64,000 nucleotides of DNA from Chitinophaga pinensis (GCA_945888525.1 CAMDAF010000007.1:17127-81126), one strand, 5' to 3'. Counted from the stretch's first letter, positions 21,221 through 31,085 are shown. Translations and numbers: made by a program. Notes: generated from the letters alone by a model not told the origin.

Positions 21221-21254
21221 AAAAAACCTTACAAAACTTGTAAGGTTTTTTTTT
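21221..21254 (+). terminator. Intrinsic terminator
   Basis: AAAAAACCTTACAA-AAC-TTGTAAGGTTTTTTTTT. Confidence 0.85.
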
Positions 21255-21280
21255 GCATCTTTGTAAACCGGAACATTTGA

Positions 21281-21988
21281 ATGCAGAACAACGAATTCCA
21301 TCAAGCAGAAATCACTAAAATCATTGATATAAATCCAATGGTAAAGCGGTTTTTTTTTAAATTCGCTCATGATGTTATTTTCCAAAGCGGTCAATTTGTT
21401 ATCATTGATTTCGGCAAACTTAACCACACCTATTCAAGCAGAAGCTACTCCATTGCGGATTTAAGCCACGGTTCGGTAATTGAAATTTGCGTTTCACTCA
21501 AAGAAAATGGCGCTGCGACACCGCTGCTCTTTAATTATAAAATCGGAGAAAAACTTAAAATAAGCATCCCCCAGGGTAGGTTTATTCTTCCCGATAATCT
21601 GAACACAGAATCAATAGGTTTTATATGCACAGGAACCGGCGTGGCTCCATTTAGGTCTATGATAAAAGACCTGCTCACACTCAGAAAATACACCGGTAAA
21701 ATTTATCTGTTTTTTGGCTGTCGTACCCAAAATGACATCTTATACCGTGAAGAGTTTGAAGAATTACAAAACACACATTCAAACTTTCATTACACCCCTG
21801 TTTTAAGCCGAGAAGACTGGAATGGAGCCAAAGGCTATGTGCACGTGCATTACAATTCAATATTCCAGACTAAGCCTAACGCTGTGATCTATTTATGTGG
21901 ATGGTCAGAGATGCTAAAAGAAACCCGAGAGAACCTAAAATCATTTGGCTATACCCGGTCTGAAATTAAAGTGGAATTTTACGATTAA
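21281..21988 (+). CDS. FAD-binding ferredoxin-NADP reductase-like oxidoreductase
   Basis: RSYSI flavin motif, TGTGVAPF, FGCR, YLCG. Confidence 0.9.
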   Translation: MQNNEFHQAEITKIIDINPMVKRFFFKFAHDVIFQSGQFVIIDFGKLNHTYSSRSYSIADLSHGSVIEICVSLKENGAATPLLFNYKIGEKLKISIPQGRFILPDNLNTESIGFICTGTGVAPFRSMIKDLLTLRKYTGKIYLFFGCRTQNDILYREEFEELQNTHSNFHYTPVLSREDWNGAKGYVHVHYNSIFQTKPNAVIYLCGWSEMLKETRENLKSFGYTRSEIKVEFYD

Positions 21989-21991
21989 GAA

Positions 21992-23017
21992 GTGAATAAA
22001 AATTTTAAAGACCTTCGAAATCTGCTTCAAAAATCCATGCATCCTGCTAGAATTGGCAACGCTTTAAAAGTTATTTCAAGCTATTATTTATCTAAAATAA
22101 CAAAAAAAACCATCCATTGGGGCAACCCAATTTCTTTTTCAATTGAACCAACCACCTCTTGTAATTTAAGATGCCCACAGTGTCCGAGCGGATTAAGAAG
22201 CTTTAGCCGACCAACTGGAATGTTAGGCATGTCCGTATTCGAAAAAGCAATAAATGACCTTCACAAAAGCAGTGCATATGTGACCTTTTATTTTCAAGGT
22301 GAGCCTTATTTAAATACGCAGTTTTTAGACATGGTATCGCTTGCGAGCAAACATAAACTTTACAGCGCAACCAGCACAAATGCGCATTATCTCGACAAAT
22401 CAAATGCCGAAAAAACAGTAAAGAGCGGCCTCGACCGATTAATCATTTCAATTGATGGAACTACCCAGGACACCTACGGTAAATACAGGATAGGTGGTAA
22501 ATTAGAAAAAGTTTTAGAGGGAACCAAAGAATTAATGGATGCAAAAAAAAGATTAAAATCTAAGACACCACACGTTATATGGCAATTTATCGTTTTCTCT
22601 CATAACGAACACCAACTAGAGGATGTTAAAGCGCTAGCAAAAATTTATAAGATTGACGAATTAGCCATCAAATCTGCTCAAATATACGACTATGAAACCG
22701 GCAATGAGATGATGCCCATAAACGAAGAGTTTAGCCGCTACAAGATCGATGGCAATGAATTTAAAATTAAAAACAAATTGCTCAACCATTGCTGGAGACT
22801 CTGGAACAGCTGTGTGATAACTTGGGATGGGAAAATTGTCCCTTGCTGCTTCGACAAAGACGGAACCTATCGCCTTGGCGATTTAAACAACATGAGCTTT
22901 GAACAAATTTGGAAAGGCCCAGCCTATCATCAATTTAGAAAACAAATAATTAAAGGCCGTCAATACATTGACATTTGCAAAAACTGCAGCGAAGGCACTT
23001 CCGTTTGGAAGAATTAA
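21992..23017 (+). CDS. Radical SAM protein with SPASM/Twitch domain
   Basis: CNLRCPQC, QGEP, C-terminal C..LW...VITWDG..VPCC...CKNC. Confidence 0.92.
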   Translation: MNKNFKDLRNLLQKSMHPARIGNALKVISSYYLSKITKKTIHWGNPISFSIEPTTSCNLRCPQCPSGLRSFSRPTGMLGMSVFEKAINDLHKSSAYVTFYFQGEPYLNTQFLDMVSLASKHKLYSATSTNAHYLDKSNAEKTVKSGLDRLIISIDGTTQDTYGKYRIGGKLEKVLEGTKELMDAKKRLKSKTPHVIWQFIVFSHNEHQLEDVKALAKIYKIDELAIKSAQIYDYETGNEMMPINEEFSRYKIDGNEFKIKNKLLNHCWRLWNSCVITWDGKIVPCCFDKDGTYRLGDLNNMSFEQIWKGPAYHQFRKQIIKGRQYIDICKNCSEGTSVWKN

Positions 23018-24051
23018 CGCACTACAAAGAAGGTTCCGCGCATCTCATACCATTTTTTATCGGTATCGTAATATGTAATTTTATAAACATAAACATCCTG
23101 CTGCACCAAATCACCGTTGAACTTACAATCCCATCCAGCGTTAATGTCTTGGGTTTCAAACAGCAATTCACCCCAACGGTTAAAGATGGTAAACTTATAG
23201 TCTTTAGGTGTAAAATTCCAAACCTTTACAAATAAATCATTCAGTCTATCTTCGTTTGGACTTACCGCATTTGGCATAAAAACATAATGCGGACAAGAAT
23301 CTTTAAATTCAATTTGATCACTTGCTGTGCATCCATTTTTTGTTCTAACAGTAACATCATAAACACCTGGTAAATTAACTAAAATTGTTCTTGTTGTCTC
23401 ATTGTTCGGCTTCCATAAATAAGTATATCCTTGGCCCACACCGGCATCTAAAGCCATCGCTTGACCTTGGCACATAAATTTATCTTGACCCAGATAAACA
23501 CTTGGATTTGCGTACTCTGTAATATTTACTTCTTTATACACACTATCGCAAACATTGTTGCCCGCTTTTAAAATTAAATTGACCCAATACTTTCCTTGAG
23601 TGTTAACGGTTATTGATCTTGATGTAGCACCCGTATTCCATTGATATTTAACCCCCGGATATGAAACTGTATTAAGCACCAGAGGCAAACTTCCACCCTG
23701 ACAATACCCAGTGTCTTTAGGGAAGGTAAAAGAAGTTATTGGCCAATCGTAAACCACAACATGTACTTGGTCTGTGCTGTCACTTCCATTGTCAAATGTA
23801 GTCTTAACAGTTGTCAGAAAAACACCCGCAGTCGGATAACAAATAGCAGCTGGATTCTGAACATTGCTGGTCCCAGGATTAGCGCCCTGAAAAGTCCATT
23901 GCCAAGCAACAGCATTACCAACAGTGGTCACATTGGTGTAAATGAGACAAGAATTTTTACACAAATAAAGGGTATCGACACTAAACGCATTTGCGAAAAG
24001 CGTTTGGAAAAATATAAATATAAATATGCTATTGCGTATTATATTGGTCAT
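23014..24051 (-). CDS. PKD-containing protein with type B T9SS (gliding-motility-associated) C-terminal domain
   Basis: Signal peptide, WQWTFQGANP (PKD), PNAVSPNEDRLND...IFNRWGE...GWD...VYVY...GTFFVVR. Confidence 0.9.
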   Translation of the reverse strand: MTNIIRNSIFIFIFFQTLFANAFSVDTLYLCKNSCLIYTNVTTVGNAVAWQWTFQGANPGTSNVQNPAAICYPTAGVFLTTVKTTFDNGSDSTDQVHVVVYDWPITSFTFPKDTGYCQGGSLPLVLNTVSYPGVKYQWNTGATSRSITVNTQGKYWVNLILKAGNNVCDSVYKEVNITEYANPSVYLGQDKFMCQGQAMALDAGVGQGYTYLWKPNNETTRTILVNLPGVYDVTVRTKNGCTASDQIEFKDSCPHYVFMPNAVSPNEDRLNDLFVKVWNFTPKDYKFTIFNRWGELLFETQDINAGWDCKFNGDLVQQDVYVYKITYYDTDKKWYEMRGTFFVVR

Positions 24052-24707
24052 TTGGCAAGAAAATTCAGATACTCTGTTTTAAGCAAACTGCAAATTTTAT
24101 ACCTATCATCGTGGGTGTCCGAATAAAGCGCATTTAACACCTCAAAGACATGTTTAATTCCAATCATTTCGGCCCATTCAAAGGGGCCATGTGGATAGGC
24201 GGTGCCCAGTTTCATACCCAAATCGATGTCGCTTCGGTTTGCGGTTCCTTCTTGCAGGGTGAAATAAGCTTCATTAATTATCATACACACAACACGCGGA
24301 GAAATCATTCCAACACGTGAATCAACTTTATACAATGTTTTCCAAGGCAAACTTTCCAATTTATCATTTGAAATTCCCCCTAAAAGTGAACAGTACTCTA
24401 ATGCATTTCTTTTCAAAAAACTAGGCAAGGCATTAATACCAATAGCAAATGACCACATTGCCTTCGGCAAAACAGATTCTAACTGTATTTTAACTGAAGA
24501 TAGGATTAAGAGACTTGAGTCATCAAGAAGTGCATAATCGGATAAGGATGAAGCATCATCATCAAAGTTTAAATCAAAAATTAGATCAAACTTGCTAGAA
24601 TGGATATTTTTTGTACTTTCGAGCCTTGTAAAACTCAATCCTACAGATGTCAATATTCCGTCTAACTCTACTATGCGTTCTTGCGAGCCTTTTACAGCAA
24701 TGTTCAT
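24048..24707 (-). CDS. 3-hydroxyacyl-CoA dehydrogenase C-terminal-domain protein
   Basis: RVVCMIINEA, DIDLGMKLGTAYPHGPF; reduced N-terminal domain. ATG 24707 follows TATTTTTG. Confidence 0.82.
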   Translation of the reverse strand: MNIAVKGSQERIVELDGILTSVGLSFTRLESTKNIHSSKFDLIFDLNFDDDASSLSDYALLDDSSLLILSSVKIQLESVLPKAMWSFAIGINALPSFLKRNALEYCSLLGGISNDKLESLPWKTLYKVDSRVGMISPRVVCMIINEAYFTLQEGTANRSDIDLGMKLGTAYPHGPFEWAEMIGIKHVFEVLNALYSDTHDDRYKICSLLKTEYLNFLAK

Positions 24708-24733
24708 TTGAGCACAAAAATACAAATACAATC

Positions 24734-25111
24734 ATGGAAAAAAAAATCATATTCACAGAGAACGCACCCGCTCCAATTGGCCCGTATTCACAAGCCGTTT
24801 TGGTGGGTAGCACACTATACTGTAGTGGTCAAATTGCATTAGATACAGCTGGCAATTTTCACAATGACAGTATTGAAACTGAAACCAAACAAGTGATGCA
24901 TAATATCTCAAAACTGTTAGAAGCTGCAAATATGGGGTTCGGAGACATTGTCAAAACAAGCATTTTCCTTACGGATATGAACGATTTTGCCAAAGTAAAC
25001 ACCATTTATGCTGAGAACTTTCATAGCAATTTTCCTGCAAGAGAAACCGTTCAAGTTTCTGCACTTCCAAAAGGTGCTAAAGTTGAAATCAGTGTAACTG
25101 CGGTGAAATAA
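24734..25111 (+). CDS. RidA family enamine/imine deaminase
   Basis: APAPIGPYSQA, CSGQI, PARETVQVSALPKGAKVEI. Confidence 0.93.
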   Translation: MEKKIIFTENAPAPIGPYSQAVLVGSTLYCSGQIALDTAGNFHNDSIETETKQVMHNISKLLEAANMGFGDIVKTSIFLTDMNDFAKVNTIYAENFHSNFPARETVQVSALPKGAKVEISVTAVK

Positions 25112-25208
25112 TATTGTTTAACAAAATAAGGAAGCAGACTCTAAAAGCCCACTTCCCTATCTTTACAAAAAAAGACATTTGATTCTGTCTAGATCTTAAT
25201 TTAAATTG

Positions 25209-28200
25209 CTAGTTTATATGATTTATTAGGACCCTCTTTAATACCTTTTGATGCTTCGAACTTAATTCCAAAAAGTAAACGCCATTGCTGTATTCTGAAG
25301 TTGTTATTCTGGTTTTTGATTCCATTAAGACTGAATGGTATAAAACCCTGCCATGAATATCCATTAACTTCACCATTATTTGATCCCCACTTTTTTCAAT
25401 TGGCAGGTCCAATTCAAAGTAATTATTTGCAGGGAATGGATAAATTCTAAAATCCATAGAATCATTAAACCCATTTCTATCCTGCTCTCTGTTTAAATTT
25501 TTATCCTCTTCTAAAACCAGACCGCACGGATTGCAGGCACTGCCATTAAAACACACTTTATTCAAATCAGGGAAAGAAGCACCCGTAAAATAATTCAAAG
25601 TGCTTGCATTGCTGTATGGATAAGCAAATTTAACAAAATACAAGTTCATTGCACCATTGCTAATACTGCCATTAAATGGCGCATCCTTCCAATAATTATT
25701 TGACGCTTTCAATTTGTAAGGGGCAAAAGATTCATGGGTTTCATTGGTGTAAACAACATCCCCTAGCACAAAATTACAAGCCTTATTGCCAGGATTATGA
25801 ATAAAGTTATTTTTACCATTGTTCAGATACAAAACACTCCCTTTAACATTGATTCCCGAATTGCTGTTGAAGGCAAAGGTATTGTTGCCTCCCACAGCAG
25901 AGTGCAACGAACCTGTCAATTGCTTGTCGGCACTTAAAACAATGGTTCCATTTTCATCTTTAATACCAATTTCGTTGCCCAAAAATCTCGAGCAAGACAA
26001 AACTGTATTTAAATCAATCAATTCCAAACCAATTTTATTCTTTCCAAAATCGCATGACTCTATAAAAGAAAACCTATTTTGCCCTGTTTTATTGTCTATA
26101 AAAACAGCCTTAGAATTGCCGTTAAATCCAGAGTTCAAAACTTGAAAATCTGTTTCTGGATTTTGAACCAACAAACCAGTCTCTATACAAGAATTAAAAT
26201 TAGAGTAATTTATCTGCACCATAGACTCAAGCGCATAAGCACCGATATCACAATGTTCAAAATTGCTATACTCAATTTTTAATGCATTCGACTTGTTATT
26301 TGATCCAAGGCACTTAAGACCAAAGTTAAAATTCGAAAATCTACAATTTTGAATCTCTGTTTTTTCCGAATTCTGAACCTCTAATGCATTTGAAGATGCA
26401 AAAGCAGCCCAAGTCAACTTATCGAAATCTACATTTTTAAAATCCGATTTTGAAGACAGCTTAATACTTGATTTATTGCCATACATGATTTTACAGTTCT
26501 TCAAATTAAAACTGCTTAACGCATAGGTTCCTTTCGGTGAAACCAAATTCATTTCTCCTTCAACTTGCAAAACCACATCTGTATTCTGCCCAGTTCCTTC
26601 GATAGAGATTTGTGTATTTGCTCCACCAATTTCGACAATTCCTTCCCCATAACCACCCTTTGCATTTCTAAATTTCACATACCCACTGTTGTTTGAATTC
26701 CCTTTGGTAAAAGTAAAAATAGCATTGGGCTCCAATCTTAACTTACCATCAATTTGCAAGGTAGCTTCATTCCCTTCAAGTTTGATTATTGCGCCTGGAA
26801 AGTACACCAATTGCGCGCCTTCTTCAATGATCAATTCAGAATTATCGTGCACCAACAAAGTACTTCCTGATTTCAACATCAATGTACAGCCTTTTCTAAC
26901 CCTTAAAACCGCTTTGTTGTTTTCAATGTTTTCACCGCCTAATTCAAGCATCCCACCCTCTTCAATATTTACCAAGGAATTGCATTCTGAAGTTTTCATT
27001 TCGAACCTAGACCCCTTGCGGTTCATTCTATCGTATTCACCGTACCCGTATCCATTTAACCCTTGGGAATTGATTTGCAGCTTGCCATGCGCCTGAACAG
27101 TTACAGAAGGCAAGGTATGTCTTTCATAGCGACCATAGTTGTAGTTTTGACTTAAGAACGGACCTACTTCATTTGCATTTTTCTCAAATTCATCAAGCAT
27201 CCATTTGATATTTTCATCGGTTAATTGCATATGTTCTTGGTTGGTGTTTTCAACTCCATAAAAAGTGTGAAAAGGGTAAACACTCGGGTTAGGTACAAAT
27301 CGGTCAAGATAATCATCGATTTTTTGTCCCACTTTTGATGTGATATCTAAAGCGCTAGAAGTGGGAATAAAACAGGTGGCACTGTGGTTGTTGACAATAT
27401 TAATTATCCCATAAATTTTTCTAAAATCTCTTAAATCATAGCGAATACTTCCAGGAATATGGTCTTGGCCAATTTCCACATCCAAGGGAACAAAATGTTT
27501 TAGGCCTAAAGGCAAAATACTATAAAAAGCTATATTCATTGGTTTGTTCCATGTATTGTCCTGATAAATTTTACACATTGCAAAAACATAGGAAGTCAAT
27601 TTGAGTGGATTGTTGTCAATATTTGCAGAGAATGGATTCAATGTGAGTAACAAATCCCCTGGATTGAAATTTTGGAAACTTGCATTGACACTTCCGTTTG
27701 TTAAAGCAATGTTCCTACTGAGTTTAGGATAATTCCCTAATTGATTTTGTTTTGCTAAAAATTCAATCCTGTCTTTATGCGGGCTGGTTTTAAATTCAGA
27801 AAGAATGTGCATACTAAGCAATTGCCTTGCAGCCGCTCTGTCAAGTTTTCTTTTAAAATTCTCTTTCATAGTCGGTAACTTTCCACTGAAATATTGCATA
27901 AAATTTTGCAAGCCATAAGGGATGTTAGCGCCTTGGTGTGGCGCATCAAAAGACAAATAGGTTCTTACGCAATGGGGTATATTATTTTTTTCCATGTAAG
28001 ACAGCGCATACTTTGCGACAATACCGCCCATACTGGTGCCAACCAATACCAATTCTTCCTCACTACACTTTCTCTGGTTCAATATTTGAATAAATTTCAC
28101 AAGCAATTGTGCGTTGTTTTCCATGTAATCTGCTCCATTATGAAAATCAATATAAAAAACATCATACCCTTTGTTTCGCAAATCACTTAGAAATTTAGGT

Positions 28201-29276
28201 GCCTTCTCAATTGCAGGCCAAGGCTCAATTCTGTTCTTTAATTTAGCTTCATATGGATTTAAAATATAGCCATTCACTAAATCAATTAGTCCTGTATTGC
28301 CGCACTTTCCCCCATAGCAACCAGTCCAATGGTCTTTAAAACCAAAATCAATTCCTTCCACAATGACAAGTGGTTTTTTAATACAGGTATTTGGGACTCC
28401 GTTGTTCAGACCCGGCAAATAATCTATAAATGCCCCTAATGGCTCTTTTAATTCTGTTTCCCTCTCTGGATTGGTATAAATATTACCTTGTGCATCACCA
28501 AAATGAAAGGGGTTATTTAAAGCATGTTTGTTTGGTATTCCAGAATTCAAATCTCGGGATTCAAATGCAATATTTGTTTTACTCATTCTTATTTTTCCAT
28601 CCATAAAACTCACCTCAATACGCACTTCATTGTCACCAGGTAGTAAAACAAAATTCATCGGCACATTCAATTGCATATCCGTATACAATTCATCTCTAAA
28701 TTTAATTCTAATGCGCTTAATTACCGAACCAACCGTATTGACAATAAACTCATCCGCAAAACGCAGAGTAACAGTTGGTGCAAAAACAACCGGAATGTAA
28801 GGTGCGGATACAAAAACTTCATGTATTTTAAACGCATCTTGTGGCCTATTAACAAGCCATTTATAGTTGCTGCTATCATATTGAATTGCACCTTCGGTAA
28901 ATGCAGACTCTTTGAACATGCCAGCTTTTAAAAACAGAATTGGCACCGGTATGGTATTGGATCTGAAATCTGATTCCATATTTTTTTGAAATTCCTCATA
29001 GGTCAGAATGTTTTGTGTAAGGTGAATACTTGAATTATAGAACTGCTGATACAAATTTTCCAATGTATGGTAATCGGAGAAACTATCGCTTTCCAAACCC
29101 CGACTCTTATAAATACCAGAGTCGAGAGCGCCTAAATTCCAAAAATAAGAAGTATTTAGACTGCCTTGGTGTTTAACGTCACGGAAAAGACTGTCCCATA
29201 CCTGATTAAAATTGCTTTGGGCATTTAATGCCGTGGAAAAAAGCAAAAGAAGAAATAATGTTTTAATTTTTTTCAT
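25209..29276 (-). CDS. Large T9SS-secreted alpha/beta-hydrolase with beta-helix region and type A CTD
   Basis: Signal peptide, VEGIDFG, GTSMGG nucleophile elbow, SFDAPHQGANIP, Gly/Asn-rich beta repeats, C-terminal IYPFPA...DIHGR...NGVYFL...KRVLI. Confidence 0.82.
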   Translation of the reverse strand: MKKIKTLFLLLLFSTALNAQSNFNQVWDSLFRDVKHQGSLNTSYFWNLGALDSGIYKSRGLESDSFSDYHTLENLYQQFYNSSIHLTQNILTYEEFQKNMESDFRSNTIPVPILFLKAGMFKESAFTEGAIQYDSSNYKWLVNRPQDAFKIHEVFVSAPYIPVVFAPTVTLRFADEFIVNTVGSVIKRIRIKFRDELYTDMQLNVPMNFVLLPGDNEVRIEVSFMDGKIRMSKTNIAFESRDLNSGIPNKHALNNPFHFGDAQGNIYTNPERETELKEPLGAFIDYLPGLNNGVPNTCIKKPLVIVEGIDFGFKDHWTGCYGGKCGNTGLIDLVNGYILNPYEAKLKNRIEPWPAIEKAPKFLSDLRNKGYDVFYIDFHNGADYMENNAQLLVKFIQILNQRKCSEEELVLVGTSMGGIVAKYALSYMEKNNIPHCVRTYLSFDAPHQGANIPYGLQNFMQYFSGKLPTMKENFKRKLDRAAARQLLSMHILSEFKTSPHKDRIEFLAKQNQLGNYPKLSRNIALTNGSVNASFQNFNPGDLLLTLNPFSANIDNNPLKLTSYVFAMCKIYQDNTWNKPMNIAFYSILPLGLKHFVPLDVEIGQDHIPGSIRYDLRDFRKIYGIINIVNNHSATCFIPTSSALDITSKVGQKIDDYLDRFVPNPSVYPFHTFYGVENTNQEHMQLTDENIKWMLDEFEKNANEVGPFLSQNYNYGRYERHTLPSVTVQAHGKLQINSQGLNGYGYGEYDRMNRKGSRFEMKTSECNSLVNIEEGGMLELGGENIENNKAVLRVRKGCTLMLKSGSTLLVHDNSELIIEEGAQLVYFPGAIIKLEGNEATLQIDGKLRLEPNAIFTFTKGNSNNSGYVKFRNAKGGYGEGIVEIGGANTQISIEGTGQNTDVVLQVEGEMNLVSPKGTYALSSFNLKNCKIMYGNKSSIKLSSKSDFKNVDFDKLTWAAFASSNALEVQNSEKTEIQNCRFSNFNFGLKCLGSNNKSNALKIEYSNFEHCDIGAYALESMVQINYSNFNSCIETGLLVQNPETDFQVLNSGFNGNSKAVFIDNKTGQNRFSFIESCDFGKNKIGLELIDLNTVLSCSRFLGNEIGIKDENGTIVLSADKQLTGSLHSAVGGNNTFAFNSNSGINVKGSVLYLNNGKNNFIHNPGNKACNFVLGDVVYTNETHESFAPYKLKASNNYWKDAPFNGSISNGAMNLYFVKFAYPYSNASTLNYFTGASFPDLNKVCFNGSACNPCGLVLEEDKNLNREQDRNGFNDSMDFRIYPFPANNYFELDLPIEKSGDQIMVKLMDIHGRVLYHSVLMESKTRITTSEYSNGVYFLELSSKHQKVLKRVLINHIN

Positions 29277-29295
29277 TGTGTGTGTGTTTTAGTTT

Positions 29296-29326
29296 TGCCT
29301 ACTCTAATTCGTTTTCAGCATCCCGA
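29296..29326 (-). promoter_or_regulatory. Candidate structured 5'-leader element
   Basis: Minus strand reads TCGGGATGCTGAAAACGAATTAGAGTAGGCA; TGCT/GGCA helix closing opposed GAA and AGTA; about 20 nt before ATG. Confidence 0.4.
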
Positions 29327-29675
29327 ACAAGCTATACATAACTATGGCTTGCCTAACAAATATCTTACACAAAAAACAAAAAAGGCACACGCATTTAAGA
29401 CCTGAACCAAGCAATTTGTAAACGAAACAAAGCAAAATAAAAAGCTCAAATAAGCAATAGATGGGTGGATTGAAAATACAAAAAGCCCTTTGCAGGACTT
29501 AGGTTAATTTAAAATCTATAAGCAGCGAATGAAGACAAGAACTTTAAGTGCTCAGATGAGCAGTATAAATTGAAAAATTAATCTTAATTGCAAAGTTTTT
29601 TTTAAATCCTAATGGATTAAAATTTACTTAAAAATTTCAGAAGAAAAGAGACATCATTCTATTAAAAATTGGCAT

Positions 29676-30317
29676 TTATTGAAAAGCCAATCCTGTTAGC
29701 TTTTCAATCACTATTTTATCTACCTTATTGTTTGCTATACCATCGGATTTAGCAGAGGTATTATTGAATAAATATGCTTGCCATTCTTTGGTTTTCTTGC
29801 TATAGATAACTTTCCAACATTGAGTAGGGACAGAGGTATTACCAATCTTTTTTGCAACGCCAACATTACCACACCAAATATGTATTGAATCAATCTTAGC
29901 TGCGGAAGTTCTTGTCTGTGTTTCAAGTGATTTCCAATCTCCGCGATTAAGTGCCGCATATTGAGGAGCCATGTTTGAGTAATAAAAACATTCATCTTGC
30001 ACGGTAGGGCCTTGGCAAAGATTAACTGCAGAAGGGCACATATGGCCGCGATCAAATCCTGAGCCAGCATAATCTTTACGCAAATTAGTTTCTGATCGTA
30101 ATAATGGATCTGGAGCAAAATTATTTTTTCTTGCTACTTTAATGGCGCATCCAACTTTGGCTTTGGTCTCCCACCATTCCACGACTATAGGATAGTGAAA
30201 ATCTTTACTGTACACAGAAGTGTAATTTGTATGCCTTAATGTAACACTTTCTTTTTTAGTAGATGTTTTGGCTGATATGACAATCAGGGAGGCAATAACT
30301 AATAGAAGTCTGTTCAT
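29676..30317 (-). CDS. Secreted DNA/RNA non-specific endonuclease (NucA/EndoG-like)
   Basis: Signal peptide, SGFDRGHM, SNMAPQ...NRGDW..LE. Confidence 0.92.
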   Translation of the reverse strand: MNRLLLVIASLIVISAKTSTKKESVTLRHTNYTSVYSKDFHYPIVVEWWETKAKVGCAIKVARKNNFAPDPLLRSETNLRKDYAGSGFDRGHMCPSAVNLCQGPTVQDECFYYSNMAPQYAALNRGDWKSLETQTRTSAAKIDSIHIWCGNVGVAKKIGNTSVPTQCWKVIYSKKTKEWQAYLFNNTSAKSDGIANNKVDKIVIEKLTGLAFQ

Positions 30318-30461
30318 TCTTATGGTTTTAGCTTTTACAGCGTTTTGGGTAAATGGGTATAAATCAAAAACAATTGCAATTAAACTAAAAATTTAACCAA
30401 TTATGCAAATAAATTTAATTTATTAAAGCTATTGTTTCAGAAGGAGTAAGAAACTTCTGAA

Positions 30462-30845
30462 CTATACATATTTTTTATCGAAATGTCTATTTGGAGAGAG
30501 TAAATAGAGCAATAATATCCTAGAGTATCGGTAAGAAAATGGTGTAATTAACAGCATGGTGGGAACCAACACAGCGGCGATTTTAGCAAAGGACCAATCC
30601 AAATTTATGGCCAAAACACCGAATACAATCATTATAATTGTGCCAAAAGCATAACTAATATACATTGCGCCCCAAAAGAACCCAGTTTCATGTTCAAACT
30701 TTAGACCGCAGTTTGGACAATGGTCATTGGTTTTACTAAAACCGAATAAATTAAATGCAGAGTGAGGGAAAACCTTTCCTTCTCGACAGCGAGGACATTT
30801 ACATGAAACTATACTTGAGATTATTGATGGTACTTTTTGAGACAT
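30462..30845 (-). CDS. DUF983 family protein
   Basis: KCPRCREG, CPNCG...E.GFFWGAMYISY, two TMs. Confidence 0.85.
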   Translation of the reverse strand: MSQKVPSIISSIVSCKCPRCREGKVFPHSAFNLFGFSKTNDHCPNCGLKFEHETGFFWGAMYISYAFGTIIMIVFGVLAINLDWSFAKIAAVLVPTMLLITPFSYRYSRILLLYLLSPNRHFDKKYV

Positions 30846-30846
30846 T

Positions 30847-31074
30847 TTAGGCTATTTGATTCTTTCGGTATTTTCGATACCACATAATACCGACCGAAAA
30901 TAAAATCACATAAACCGATACCAACAGCATCAAAATACCAACATTCAGACCCATACCTACACTTTTTGCACCAGAAGCCTGACTGCTTTCAACACTTGCC
31001 TTACACATGGGACATTGAGCGTAAACAAGCGCATTCAAGGTCATTAAGACTAAAAATGAAAATATCTTTTTCAT
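30847..31074 (-). CDS. Small exported CxxC membrane protein
   Basis: Signal peptide (VYA|Q), QCPMCKA, GLNVGIL.L TM, basic C-terminus. Confidence 0.8.
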   Translation of the reverse strand: MKKIFSFLVLMTLNALVYAQCPMCKASVESSQASGAKSVGMGLNVGILMLLVSVYVILFSVGIMWYRKYRKNQIA

Positions 31075-31085
31075 ATATTATAGTG

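Noticed and set aside
29676-30317. Nuclease as a toxin or defence system
   Set aside because: It has a signal peptide and no adjacent immunity or defence gene, so it fits an ordinary secreted nuclease.
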